In this document: piece after piece, positions 19,006 through 29,118 of the stretch | How the letters are laid out: every line of letters starts with the position of its first letter | Position numbering within the stretch: the first letter of the stretch is position 1 | NCBI GenBank assembly: GCA_963758295.1 | Contig: CAVWUU010000001.1 | Location: forward strand, 384,001 to 448,000 | Reading direction: 5' to 3' | DNA length: 64,000 bases | Origin: Candidatus Eremiobacteria bacterium | GTDB taxonomy: Bacteria > Vulcanimicrobiota > Vulcanimicrobiia > Vulcanimicrobiales > Vulcanimicrobiaceae | Notes under the pieces: generated by a model | What the model was told of the DNA's origin: nothing | Databases searched by the model: none | What the model saw: the letters and a program-made list of their open reading frames with translations, nothing else | Position numbers and translations under genes: made by a program

Positions 19006-21261
19006 TTACGTGCCCTTCTCCGCACCGAGGTAGTGTATCCACTTGACGATCCACTGCGGCACGGTTGATAGCTGGCTCGCATCGCCATACGCGAAATAGT
19101 ACTCGTCGTGCGGGTTGCGTTTGTGGTAGGCGAACGAGAGGTTCCACGCTCCGGTGCACGGCGTGTTCGAAGGCGGGTTCGCCAGGTAGGTCACGCACGA
19201 AGCCGGCGAGTTCGTTACGATATAGGGCGCAATGCCGATGATCCGTCGAACCCCGAGAGAAATTGATTCGTCGGGACCGAGCGCATAGGTATAGCCGGCG
19301 CGCTCGAGCCACTGGACGTTGGTAGGCCCGGAATCCAAGTGCTGTCGCGTGTCGTCGGCTTCGAGTAAAAGCGTTGCCCGTTTTCCGACGCGCATAGTGC
19401 TGCTGCGCGTCCACGAATCGACGCGTCCCGGTCCGAAGCGTCCGGTGTTGTACGTAACCGTGGTCGGCGTCGACGAGGATCCGTGATTTGGGAAGTCTCC
19501 TGGACTGTTGAAGCTGCCGCTGTGCCACGTTAGACCGAGGCCCGCCTGAGTGATCGGCGTCAAGACTTGGCATCCGCGGTACTGCGCGTAGTTCATCGGA
19601 TCCACCGTAATCAAATTGCCGGGCGACGTCGCACAGTTGTTCGCGAGCAGAAACGACGAGCCGAGATTGATCTGCGCGTCGATGCGATTGCGCATGAGCA
19701 CGTCGAAGGTGAAATTCTGGTCGGTCTGATCGAGATCGCCCGCGGCGTTGTGATACCGGTCGACGGAGCCGCTCACGCCCATCGAGTTGATCGCGTCGTT
19801 TCCACTAAAGAGCCAATACTTGGCGAGATAACCGGCGTAGCCGGCGATATCCGGGTGCTGCACGAGCCCGTCCGCCGGATCGTAGTAGTAGCCGACTTTT
19901 CGCATCGAAAACGCGGCGCCGAAGGTATTCGTGTAAACGTACGTCCCGCCGTCATAGCGCTGTGCCTTATTGCCGAGCAGGACGTTACTCCCGCTGTCGC
20001 TTCCGTAGTTGAAGTACGCGCTGAAGTGTTTGCTGTCGTTGTACCGGACGCCATCGGTTATCGTATCGTCGTGTACGGACGAACTCGAGTAGCCGTCGCA
20101 CGTTTGCAGCACCGGCTGGTTGCAGTCGGCAGCGATGCGTTGCGCGGTCAGTCCCCATTTGTCGTCTTGGGAACGCCACTGGAGGGCCTGTGCCGAATCC
20201 GAACGCCCATCGTTCAAGGCGTTGAAGGCGCCGAACGAAATCGGCCCTTGTTTCCCTTCCACGGCATATCCGTCGCGCGGCGTCGGGATGTTCGGCGTGT
20301 AGAGCTGGCTGATTCCAGGGCACGCGTCGCAGTCGAAGCTGTCATAGTAGCTGGCACCCTGCGTAAAAAACGGGCGTACTTCATTGAAGAAGCGCGCGAA
20401 CGCCGTCGGCGAAATCGTTTCTTGGTCCACTTCGACGTTTGAGTAATCCGGGTGGAACGTCGAGTAGAACGATGACGTAGCAGTAATCGGTATAGAGAGA
20501 TCGGCGCCCACGCGAGAGGTCGAAAGGCCCTGTTTCGCCGGACCGAGCGCTCCGAGCCCATAGATGCCTAGGCGCGGCTGCGGTCGAGTTGCCGCGGCGG
20601 GCGAGAGCCCACGGAGCGCGCCGGCATAAATAACGTCGTCGCCGTTGGTTTGAGCGGGGCCGTACGACCAGATCTGTCGTTCGCCCGTGGACCGCACGAC
20701 GCGAACGAACTGGGCCTTCCACCCGCCGGCTCCGCCGGAGCCGCGAATTACGCGAAGTGGAATCTTCATCGTAATCGTAAACCCGCCGCTATAAGCGTTG
20801 CCGTACGATTCCCACGTCGGCGCGTACGCCGTATTCTCCGATGAATACTGAAAATGCGTACCGTTCGAAGTGGCTGCGAACTGATAGAAGAATCCGTTGG
20901 AGCCGTTAGGCCAGAGGTCGATCCAGACTTCGTCGTCCGTTCCGTCGCCGACATTGTTGGTGTGTTGCTGGGCCATCAAGCCTTCGCGTTGCTTCACGTC
21001 GAAGCGCAAATAGAGCGACGCGTTGTCGCTGAGGACGCGAGCCGTCGAGGTTTCACTTGCGGGATGCTGATGCTGGACGTCCCACGCAAGCGTGACGACG
21101 GTCGCCGTTTTCCACGTCGCGAGATCGTCGTGCGGATTCAACGACGGCGGGTCGCTGCTCACCGCAACGTTCAACGTTGCAATTTTGGACTGTTCCGCCG
21201 CATGCGCTGTTGCGGGGCAGAACAAAAGCGCCGTCAGCGCGATAAGCGCGAGAACCTTCAT
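19006..21261 (-). CDS. Secreted/outer-membrane protein with CBM9-like N-domain and DUF5916-like region
   Basis: Signal peptide; LYLRF, DDEVWIDL, FTITMKIP (CBM9-like); HPDYSNVEVDQ...FARFFNEVRPFFTQG. Confidence 0.7.
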   Translation of the reverse strand: MKVLALIALTALLFCPATAHAAEQSKIATLNVAVSSDPPSLNPHDDLATWKTATVVTLAWDVQHQHPASETSTARVLSDNASLYLRFDVKQREGLMAQQHTNNVGDGTDDEVWIDLWPNGSNGFFYQFAATSNGTHFQYSSENTAYAPTWESYGNAYSGGFTITMKIPLRVIRGSGGAGGWKAQFVRVVRSTGERQIWSYGPAQTNGDDVIYAGALRGLSPAAATRPQPRLGIYGLGALGPAKQGLSTSRVGADLSIPITATSSFYSTFHPDYSNVEVDQETISPTAFARFFNEVRPFFTQGASYYDSFDCDACPGISQLYTPNIPTPRDGYAVEGKQGPISFGAFNALNDGRSDSAQALQWRSQDDKWGLTAQRIAADCNQPVLQTCDGYSSSSVHDDTITDGVRYNDSKHFSAYFNYGSDSGSNVLLGNKAQRYDGGTYVYTNTFGAAFSMRKVGYYYDPADGLVQHPDIAGYAGYLAKYWLFSGNDAINSMGVSGSVDRYHNAAGDLDQTDQNFTFDVLMRNRIDAQINLGSSFLLANNCATSPGNLITVDPMNYAQYRGCQVLTPITQAGLGLTWHSGSFNSPGDFPNHGSSSTPTTVTYNTGRFGPGRVDSWTRSSTMRVGKRATLLLEADDTRQHLDSGPTNVQWLERAGYTYALGPDESISLGVRRIIGIAPYIVTNSPASCVTYLANPPSNTPCTGAWNLSFAYHKRNPHDEYYFAYGDASQLSTVPQWIVKWIHYLGAEKGT

Positions 21262-21305
21262 GAAAAAGCCGCCGTGGAAAGGTCGCTACCGGGGGATTCG
21301 GTTGC

Positions 21306-21348
21306 AGTCTACCGCGTGCGCCTGCTCAAGTCAACTAATTGATTAGTT
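21306..21348 (-). promoter_or_regulatory. sigma70-like promoter with an overlapping palindromic operator
   Basis: TTGACT (21334-21329)-N17-TAGACT (21311-21306); AACTAAT-TG-ATTAGTT at 21333-21348. Confidence 0.65.
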
Positions 21349-22836
21349 TTTGATATTTATTAATCGCTTGTGCGCTCGGCGGATGCGTCTCCACCCGCGG
21401 CGCCACTTAGCGCGTGACGATTTCGCTTCTTGGAGAAACAGCATAGCCAGTTCGCCCGCAGCGAAAACGGCTTCCGTTTCGCTCGCGGTTTCCCGAAGCC
21501 GTTTGACCATGACGACCGAATCGTGTTCAGTGCCAAGCAACGTTTGTAGGCGCTGCGCTTCGCGTGCGAGCAACTTGGCCCGTTTTCCAGCAGATTCCGA
21601 AAACGCTTCGGATGCATAACGGAGATGCTTAGCCTTGATACGTATCGCGTGCAGCTCGCGATCGCTCGGCGGTAGGCCCGCCGCGCGTACGGCTTTGCGA
21701 ACTTTTTTATAAACGGATTGGATCAATGTGGGCGCGATGCCGGCGGCCGGCACTTCGGGGTCGCCGGTGAAGCGCGGATTGGCCGCCGCTTGCACCAGGT
21801 CTTCCAGCAACTCGCGGTATCGCTGTTCTCGTAAGGCTTCACGCAACTGCTCGTGTTCACGTTTAAGCCGTTTGCGCAGGTCGTCAACGATGCACCGGGC
21901 GCGTTGTGCATCGGAGGCCGGAAGCTCTTCGGCAAAATCCGCAAGGCGTTCCGTCAGAACGTCGGTGTCTCGAACGGGTGATAACCGGTCCTGGAGCCAT
22001 GAAAGACGCTCGCGCAAATCGCATGCCCACGGTTTTTCGAGCAGCGGCAAAAACGTGCGGAGATTGGAACGCAAACGGCGTACGGCAACGCGAGCCTGAT
22101 GGACGGCTTCCCCGTCCTCACGCAAACGCATTTTCGCATCGTTACGCAGCAGTTGGATCGCCGATTGAGAGAGCGCGGCGCGTATCGTTTGTCCGATGGA
22201 GGAATTAGAAGATACGCTGGGGACCGCGATTTCCGGCGCAATGCCGTTCGAGCTAAGGGCCATAACGTTTTTCGGCGTCTGATTCGGCTTGCCGGCGCCT
22301 TGACTCTGCAGCGCGCCGGCGATGGCGTCTCCCGTGCCCGTTTCTATTCCGTCTTCCAATTCGATTTCCAATTGTTGGAAGCGATTTTGAACGCTCGCAC
22401 CATCAACGACGCGCACGTCGTCTTCTACCACCTCGGCGAGATCGTCGCCGCTTTGCGACTGAAACTCACGTTTTACGCGCAGCGTACGAAGTTCCGCAAC
22501 GCGCCGTACCGGCGCGCCGCGAAGATTCGCGGTCGCAAGTTCAAGAGCAGCGTTGGGCGGGCGGTCGGGGGCACCATCGAAAACGTGCTCCTCGCGCTCG
22601 AGCGCTTTGTTTTTATTAAGTACGGGAATCTTTAGCGTCCAGCCCTCGCCATGGCGGTACCGTAAGCTGCAATCCCAGCGTGTCAGACGCAGATCTTCGG
22701 AGTCGTAATAAATTGTGTGGAGTCGCTGGAATCGAGCGGCCGAGGCTACGAAGGTCTTTAGCTCGCGCGGCAGGCGGGCGAGTGAAAACCCTTGCGGCAC
22801 CGCGAGTTTTAGCTCGCGCTCCAGATTCGTGCTCAT
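21343..22836 (-). CDS. CYTH + CHAD domain protein (polyphosphate-associated)
   Basis: LERELKL, IYYDSEDLRL, LEIEL (CYTH); VHQARVAVRRLRS, LHAIRIKAKHLRYASE (CHAD). Confidence 0.92.
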   Translation of the reverse strand: MSTNLERELKLAVPQGFSLARLPRELKTFVASAARFQRLHTIYYDSEDLRLTRWDCSLRYRHGEGWTLKIPVLNKNKALEREEHVFDGAPDRPPNAALELATANLRGAPVRRVAELRTLRVKREFQSQSGDDLAEVVEDDVRVVDGASVQNRFQQLEIELEDGIETGTGDAIAGALQSQGAGKPNQTPKNVMALSSNGIAPEIAVPSVSSNSSIGQTIRAALSQSAIQLLRNDAKMRLREDGEAVHQARVAVRRLRSNLRTFLPLLEKPWACDLRERLSWLQDRLSPVRDTDVLTERLADFAEELPASDAQRARCIVDDLRKRLKREHEQLREALREQRYRELLEDLVQAAANPRFTGDPEVPAAGIAPTLIQSVYKKVRKAVRAAGLPPSDRELHAIRIKAKHLRYASEAFSESAGKRAKLLAREAQRLQTLLGTEHDSVVMVKRLRETASETEAVFAAGELAMLFLQEAKSSRAKWRRGWRRIRRAHKRLINIKN

Positions 22837-22993
22837 ACCGTAGTACGTTCCATTTTAGTACAAAGTCCAAGCCGGGCTCAAAAAAAATCGCTATTTTTAC
22901 GCAAAAATCCGCAGGACAACGGGCGAAAATACGGTACTCCGCATTGCGATAGGCGCGCGTTCGCGCCAGTGTGCAACAGCATAAGAGGAGCAG

Positions 22994-23473
22994 ATGAATA
23001 AGGTCGATTTGGTCCGTTCTGCTATGGAACGGCACGAGATGTCTCGCAAGGATGCGCTCGCATTGGTCGATGGCCTTTTCGAGGATATTCAAGATGCGGT
23101 TCTGGCCGGCGAGCCGGTGAAGATTCCGGGATTCGGTCAATTCAAAGTGCGCGATCGCGCTGCGCGTATCGCACGCAACCCCGCGACGGGCGAACCGGTG
23201 AAAGTTCCGGCGAAGCGCGTCTTCAAATTCTTGCCGGCAAAGGCGCTCAAAGACGCCATCATGGCGAAGAAGGGCGGCGGCAGCCGTAAGGCAGCAGCGT
23301 CAGGCCGTAAGGCAGCTGCGAAGCCGGCGGCACAGAAGAGCACCGCAAAGAAGAGCACTGCAAAGAAGAGCACGGCAAAGAAGAGCACCGCAGCGAAGGG
23401 CGCAACGCGTAAAGCGGCGGCTCCCGCACGCAAAGGTGCAGCGAAGAAGTCGAACGGCCGCAAGCGCCGCTAG
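22994..23473 (+). CDS. hup: HU DNA-binding protein with Lys/Ala-rich histone-H1-like tail
   Basis: MNKVDLV, IPGFGQF, ARNPATGEPVKVPAKRVFKF; C-terminal K/A-rich repeats. Confidence 0.92.
   Translation: MNKVDLVRSAMERHEMSRKDALALVDGLFEDIQDAVLAGEPVKIPGFGQFKVRDRAARIARNPATGEPVKVPAKRVFKFLPAKALKDAIMAKKGGGSRKAAASGRKAAAKPAAQKSTAKKSTAKKSTAKKSTAAKGATRKAAAPARKGAAKKSNGRKRR
23336..23395 (+). repeat. Four 15-bp tandem repeats encoding KSTAK in the HU tail
   Basis: AAGAGCACNGCAAAG x3 plus AAGAGCACCGCAGCG. Confidence 0.9.
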
Positions 23474-23495
23474 AGCTTCCCAGTAGCGAAACATT

Positions 23496-23524
23496 AAGGC
23501 TAGGCAGTGCGCCTAGCCTTTTTT
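23496..23524 (+). terminator. Intrinsic terminator of hup
   Basis: AAGGCTAGGC-AGTGC-GCCTAGCCTT followed by TTTT. Confidence 0.85.
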
Positions 23525-23729
23525 CGTTCGCGCTTCCGGCGGGTACGAAGCGCCAATGGAACAGATGGCTGTTTTTGAAGACGGCGTGCAGGCTCAACAG
23601 ACCGCCCGCGTCGCTTTATCAGCGACGCGAGCTTTCAGGCTGTGGCGGCGGTCGTGAGATGCCGATAGTCAATCGTTCGATAATGCCGTAACAATTCACC
23701 GCGGCCGTGTTATTTCAGGAACGGCGTAA

Positions 23730-24812
23730 TTACCGCCCGAGCTCCGTTCCAAGGGGAGCAAACCCGCCCGAGGTAAAGGACTGCGCCGCATGCGGCGTGC
23801 TCAAACGGATGCGGCGATTGCGATAGTCGACGTTGCGGATCGAAACTTCAACTTTTTCGCCAATTTCGTAATCGCTCGGATCCGCTTCGCGGTCGCCGAG
23901 CGTGCCGCTAACGCCCGGAGCGATTTCGATTGTAAGACGCGGTTCTTTTGCGACAACGGTTCCTTCGACGACGTTGCCCTGACGAAGCACGTCGGCGTGA
24001 TCGCGCCATGGATCGTCCAACGCGCCCTTGCGCGAAACAGCGATCTTCTTGCCGTTCTCATCGATGCGCAAAACGCGCACTTTTAGTTTGTCACCCGGAT
24101 GCACGACGTCGGAAGCCTTCTCAACGCGCTCGAAAGCCAGTTCGCCAAGGGGAATCAATGCATCGATGCCGCCGAGATCCACGAAGGCGCCGAAGTCCGC
24201 AAGCCGCACGACGGTAGCCTCACGTTCTTCGCCGACGCGAAGCGATTGGAGCAGTTGCGAACGCGCGCTTCGGCGTTCCTCTTCCATCGCGCGGCGGTGC
24301 GAAACGACGACGCGTTTGCGCTGTTCGTCCACGTCGATGATTTTCACCGGAATCGTCGTATTGACGAGAGTGTCGAGCGCCGTTCCTTTCGGAACGCGGA
24401 CGTGCGATGCAGGCAGAAATCCGCGGTAGCCGTCGATATCGAGCAGCGCGCCGCCTTTGACCGGCGACTTCACCGTGCCCGTGATCGTTTCGCCGGAATC
24501 TTTGGCCTTGACGAGCCGTTCCCACGCAGCCTGCGCTTTACGCCGGCCCTCGCTCAGTTCCGGCGTTTCCGGCTTCTCGGGCGTCTCCGCCTTTTCGGAC
24601 GTTTCCGCCTTCGCAGTCTCGGGCTCCGCCTCTCCGGTCGCGGTTACCGCCTTTGCGGTCTCGAACTCCGCCCCTTCGGTGGTCGGAGTTTCGGGGTCTG
24701 CGGGCGCGATTTCCGGCGGCGCCATTACCGCATCTTCGGCAGGCGCCTGGAGCGCCTCGTCAAGGGGCTGAGCGGGCTGCTGCGATTCGGGAGTCAGGCT
24801 ATCTTCGTTCAT
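23730..24812 (-). CDS. S1 RNA-binding domain protein (short RpsA-like, about 3 S1 domains)
   Basis: VKGGALLDIDGYRGFLPASH, ADFGAFVDLGGIDALIP..EL, RIRLS; acidic N-terminal extension. Confidence 0.85.
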   Translation of the reverse strand: MNEDSLTPESQQPAQPLDEALQAPAEDAVMAPPEIAPADPETPTTEGAEFETAKAVTATGEAEPETAKAETSEKAETPEKPETPELSEGRRKAQAAWERLVKAKDSGETITGTVKSPVKGGALLDIDGYRGFLPASHVRVPKGTALDTLVNTTIPVKIIDVDEQRKRVVVSHRRAMEEERRSARSQLLQSLRVGEEREATVVRLADFGAFVDLGGIDALIPLGELAFERVEKASDVVHPGDKLKVRVLRIDENGKKIAVSRKGALDDPWRDHADVLRQGNVVEGTVVAKEPRLTIEIAPGVSGTLGDREADPSDYEIGEKVEVSIRNVDYRNRRIRLSTPHAAQSFTSGGFAPLGTELGR

Positions 24813-25003
24813 GATTGGCGGCCCGAATATTCGTTTGCGGAACCACCGTCCCCTAGTTTTCCGACGAGCGCACCGCCGCAATTGGGACATTGAAAGCGCA
24901 TTGCCGCCGAGCATTCGGCGCAGAAGGTGCATTCGTGCGAGCACGCATACCCGGCCGCACGAGGCCCGAGCGGCGTCCCGCATTTCTCACATGACGCCTT
25001 CAT
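24809..25003 (-). CDS. DUF1272-family Cys-rich protein
   Basis: CEKC...CSHECTFCAEC...CPNCGGALV. Confidence 0.85.
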   Translation of the reverse strand: MKASCEKCGTPLGPRAAGYACSHECTFCAECSAAMRFQCPNCGGALVGKLGDGGSANEYSGRQS

Positions 25004-25016
25004 CAGCGATTTCTCC

Positions 25017-28000
25017 TTACAACGCTACGCGAGTTGAGATATCTGTTGCCCGATCCGCCGGAAGAAGAATGCCGGCTAGATTGAGCGGATCGTATGCACT
25101 TACAACGGGCAATGCTTCTTCATCGTTACTGCGACGCGAGGCGCGAAGCGCATCAACGGCTTCCGGAAGCGCGAACTGTTCGCCGACATACCCGCTCACG
25201 AAACGGCCTCCGCGAATCTCACCGCGCGACTCCATTCGCCGGAGCGAGAGCAGCAGTTCTCGCCAGCGAGGTGCCAGACTCTCTCGTTGCACGACGTCGC
25301 GAAATACGACGCCCCAACGATTCAGCAGCCGCCGCGCGAAGGCTTCAGGGTCGATCCGTTCCGTCGATGATTCAATGATCGTCCAGCGTCCGCCGGAAGA
25401 ACGTGGTCTCGCGCGCTGGCCTTTTTCGCCAAGGCGCCGTTTGGAATCGATCAACGAGCGCAGTGCATCGAAACCATCGGCGGTTACGAGTCCCGCCGCG
25501 ACCAGTTGCCACAACGCGTCTTCAACCTCGCTCGGTAAACGTCTGGTCCCGCGTACGATGTCGGCGAAGAATGGCGCGCCACGGCGCCCGATCTCTTCCA
25601 AAACTTCACGCGAGGCATGAGAAAGGCCGTTTGTGCCGCACTCGTCGCGCACGATCAATTCGTGGGCATTTTCCCTCGTGATGAGCGAAACCGGCGCGAG
25701 TTTCGTCGGACGGATTCGCCGCTCGCGTTCGTCTTCGGCATCAAGCGCCGGATGCGCGCTCAATCGGCCCCACATTACTTCGCCCGAATAACAGAGCTGA
25801 TCGAGATATTCGCGCCGGTAGCCCGCGACACGTGCCGGAAGAACTTGCGCTTCCCACGCCGCGGCGGGAATCTCATATCCTTCCAGCTGGCGAATGACGT
25901 GCAGCGTTCCTTCGACGCCGTGCAAACGGGCAAGCGGGGCCGCATGTTGCCAGCGATACAGAAAGCGGACGAACTGTGCGGACGTGACCGGTTCGATTTC
26001 CCGGCGCAAACGTCCGATCGTGCGGCGGTGAATGCGCGCCAGGACACGCCGGTTACACCACTCTTCTTCCGTGCCGCGATACCGTCCGCGAAGCAACTGG
26101 CCCTGACTCTCGAGTCGCAGCAACGCCGTATCGACGTCGTCGCCCGCGATGCCGAAACGCTCGCATAATTCAATGGAACTTACGGGGCCGCCGGATTCCA
26201 TCCAGCCGCGCAGCATTTCAGCGACCGCGTCTTCGCGCGATTCCGCCGCATTTAGCATCGGCGCTGCCTCTATCGCCGGTTCGAGGACGCCACTCGGGTA
26301 GATCAGTCTTGCCGCGCTCAAACGCTCGGCCGACGTCCAGAATTGAAGCCCGGGCAAAACCACCGTCGTTGCGCGCCGTTGCGAGACGAGCTCTTCAAAC
26401 CACGCGCGCCATTGCGCAACGGGCGGCAGGGCAACGAGTGTTGCCAATGCGTCGTGCAGCTCATCGGCGTTGCGGACGACGGGCCACGATTCCGCCGCGA
26501 CTTCGTCGATAATCGCCGCGTCGAGGATCCCGGCACCGTCGATGTCGTCGCGAATGGTGCGCCGGAGCTGCACCGCGCGTGCCCGCCGCTCTTCCAGCGG
26601 CGCGTCGTCGAGATACGCATACGGATTGGCGTTCAGAATTTCATGGCAGAACGGCGACGGCTCGGGTGTGTCGATCGCAACGGTGCGCAGTTCGCCCGCT
26701 TCCAGTTGCTGAAGGACCGCCGTGAGCCCGTCGAGGTCCATGGCTTCGCGCAAGCAGTTGTCGATCGTTTCGCGCACGAGCACGTGATCGGGGATGCGAA
26801 TCGGTCCGGAAAGGTTTTCGGCGCACGCCGCCTGATCGGGAAATACGGCGGCTATCAAATCGTCGGCGCGCATGCGTTGCAGTTGCGGAGCCACTTTCCG
26901 TCCGCCGCGCATGCGCATGATCGCAAGGGCTCGAGTGGCGTTCCAACGCCAACGCGCTCCGAACATGGGTGCTGCCAGCAAGGCTTGCTTCAGGACGTAT
27001 TCAACGCTCGCGGCCTTGACGTATTCGAAGACGATGTCCAACGGAAACGCGTGTTGCTCCGTCAACGACAGCACGATGCCGTTGTCCGTTGCGGCCGCTT
27101 GCAGCTCGACGTTGAAGGACCGGCAGAAACGTTTGCGCAGGGCGAGGCCCCATGCGCGATTGATGCGCGCGCCGAAGGGCGTATGCAGGATCAACTGCAT
27201 TCCGCCGCCTTCGTCAAAAAAGCGTTCGGCGACGAGCGTCTTACATGTCGGAACGACGCCAAGAACTTTTTTGCCGGCCCGTACGTATGCAATCGCCTGA
27301 TCTGCGCCCGCTTCATCTAAGCCGCACTCAGCCATCAAAAACTCCCGCGCGCTTCGATCGCTGCGTTCGTCGATTTCCATGCGGATTGCGCTTACCTCGC
27401 GCGAAAGTTCGATCGTGCGGCCGGGTCCTTCGCCGTTCCAAAACGGCACGGTCGGCGGCGCGCCGCTCGCATCTTCGACGCGCACGACGCCGGGTTCGAC
27501 GCGTTTTATTCGCCAAGACGTCGTGCCCAACATGAAAATATCGCCTGCGAGACTCTCGACGGCGAAGTCTTCGTCGAGGGTGCCCACGACGTGCCCGTCC
27601 GGTTCAGCGACGACGTTATAATTTGCCGTTTCGGGAATTGCGCCGCCCGACGTGATGGCGGCCATGCGAGCGCCGCGGCGTCCGCGCAAGCGGTTATTCA
27701 CGCGATCGTAATGCAAGAATGCGCCGCTGCGTCCGCGGGAGGTCGCAACGCCGTCCGCCAGCATCGTTAGCACGTCTTCGAAGTCTTTGTCGCTTAGCTC
27801 GCGATAGGGATAAGCCGTCTTCACCGTGGCGAGCAGCTCGGCCACTGCCCATTCGTCTGCACCGCATGCCGCGACGATTTGTTGCGCCAGAATATCGAGC
27901 GGCGCGACCGGAATCTTCAAGGCATCCATTGCGCCGTTGCGCATTCCATACACCAACGCGGCGCACTCGAGCAATTCGTCGCGCGTTGCCGGGAAAAGCC

Positions 28001-29111
28001 GCCCTTCCGGGCGAGCGCCGACCCAGTGGCCGGAGCGTCCAATGCGTTGCAGCGCGACGGCGATCGAACGCGGCGTGCCCATTTGCACCACCAAATCGAT
28101 GGACCCGATGTCTATCCCTAGCTCGAGCGACGCCGTAGCTACGACCGCTTTCAATTGGCCGGTCTTCAGGCGGTGTTCTGCATCGAATCGCAGTTCTTTT
28201 GAGAGGCTGCCGTGGTGTGGTAAGACCGTGCCTGGGCCGAGGCGCTCGGCAAGGGCGAATGCCACGCGTTCGCTCATGCGGCGGGTGCCGACGAAAATGA
28301 GAGTCGTGCGATTCTGCCTGATGAGTTCCGCGACGCGATCGTACGTTTCGCCCCACAGCTCGTTGCTTGCGACCGGCCCAAGTTCGTCTTTTGGTACTTC
28401 GACCGCGAGCGTCATTGCGCGCCGGCTGCCCACGTCGATGATCTTGGCTTGGGGGCTCAAGAATGCCGCGACATCTTCCAGGGGACGCACGGTCGCGGAA
28501 AGGCCGATTCTTTGCGGCTTGCGACCGGAGTGATCTTGCACCAATCGATCGAGACGCGCAAGCGTCAATGCGAGATGCGAACCGCGTTTATCGGCAGCCA
28601 TCGCGTGGATTTCGTCGACAATAATCGTCGTCACGTTATGGAAGAGCGCGCGTGATTTTTCGGCGGTGAGCAGAATAAACAGCGATTCCGGCGTGGTAAC
28701 CAACACGTGCGGCGGCGTACGCAACATCTTTTGACGCTCGCTTTGCGTCGTATCGCCGGTCCGTACGGCCGTTCGAATTTGCGGAAGTCCCAGGTTGCGC
28801 TCTTCGGCCAGCTGCATGATTTCGCCGACCGGAATTTGCAGATTTTTGCGTACGTCGTTCGTGAGCGCTTTCAACGGCGACACGTAGACGACGAGCGTTT
28901 CATCCGGCAAATCCGCTTGAAATGCGCGTCTGACGAGATCGTCAAGACAAATAGAAAACGCGGCGAGCGTTTTTCCGGAACCGGTCGGCGCCGAAACCAA
29001 AACGTCTTCGCCGTTGCGAATCACCGGCCAGCTCTGGAGCTGGGGCTCGGTCGGCGCGCCGTAGCGGGTAGCAAACCACTCGCCGAGCAGCGGGTGGAAT
29101 TGATCGATCAC
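25017..29111 (-). CDS. lhr: Lhr-family DEAD/DEAH-box helicase (long form)
   Basis: APTGSGKT, YVSPLKAL, TTPESL, DEIH, GLSAT, HHGSL, ATASLELGIDIG, QRIGRSGH; C-terminal EIRGGRFVSGYVGEQFALP. Confidence 0.95.
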   Translation of the reverse strand: MIDQFHPLLGEWFATRYGAPTEPQLQSWPVIRNGEDVLVSAPTGSGKTLAAFSICLDDLVRRAFQADLPDETLVVYVSPLKALTNDVRKNLQIPVGEIMQLAEERNLGLPQIRTAVRTGDTTQSERQKMLRTPPHVLVTTPESLFILLTAEKSRALFHNVTTIIVDEIHAMAADKRGSHLALTLARLDRLVQDHSGRKPQRIGLSATVRPLEDVAAFLSPQAKIIDVGSRRAMTLAVEVPKDELGPVASNELWGETYDRVAELIRQNRTTLIFVGTRRMSERVAFALAERLGPGTVLPHHGSLSKELRFDAEHRLKTGQLKAVVATASLELGIDIGSIDLVVQMGTPRSIAVALQRIGRSGHWVGARPEGRLFPATRDELLECAALVYGMRNGAMDALKIPVAPLDILAQQIVAACGADEWAVAELLATVKTAYPYRELSDKDFEDVLTMLADGVATSRGRSGAFLHYDRVNNRLRGRRGARMAAITSGGAIPETANYNVVAEPDGHVVGTLDEDFAVESLAGDIFMLGTTSWRIKRVEPGVVRVEDASGAPPTVPFWNGEGPGRTIELSREVSAIRMEIDERSDRSAREFLMAECGLDEAGADQAIAYVRAGKKVLGVVPTCKTLVAERFFDEGGGMQLILHTPFGARINRAWGLALRKRFCRSFNVELQAAATDNGIVLSLTEQHAFPLDIVFEYVKAASVEYVLKQALLAAPMFGARWRWNATRALAIMRMRGGRKVAPQLQRMRADDLIAAVFPDQAACAENLSGPIRIPDHVLVRETIDNCLREAMDLDGLTAVLQQLEAGELRTVAIDTPEPSPFCHEILNANPYAYLDDAPLEERRARAVQLRRTIRDDIDGAGILDAAIIDEVAAESWPVVRNADELHDALATLVALPPVAQWRAWFEELVSQRRATTVVLPGLQFWTSAERLSAARLIYPSGVLEPAIEAAPMLNAAESREDAVAEMLRGWMESGGPVSSIELCERFGIAGDDVDTALLRLESQGQLLRGRYRGTEEEWCNRRVLARIHRRTIGRLRREIEPVTSAQFVRFLYRWQHAAPLARLHGVEGTLHVIRQLEGYEIPAAAWEAQVLPARVAGYRREYLDQLCYSGEVMWGRLSAHPALDAEDERERRIRPTKLAPVSLITRENAHELIVRDECGTNGLSHASREVLEEIGRRGAPFFADIVRGTRRLPSEVEDALWQLVAAGLVTADGFDALRSLIDSKRRLGEKGQRARPRSSGGRWTIIESSTERIDPEAFARRLLNRWGVVFRDVVQRESLAPRWRELLLSLRRMESRGEIRGGRFVSGYVGEQFALPEAVDALRASRRSNDEEALPVVSAYDPLNLAGILLPADRATDISTRVAL

Positions 29112-29118
29112 AGGCTGC

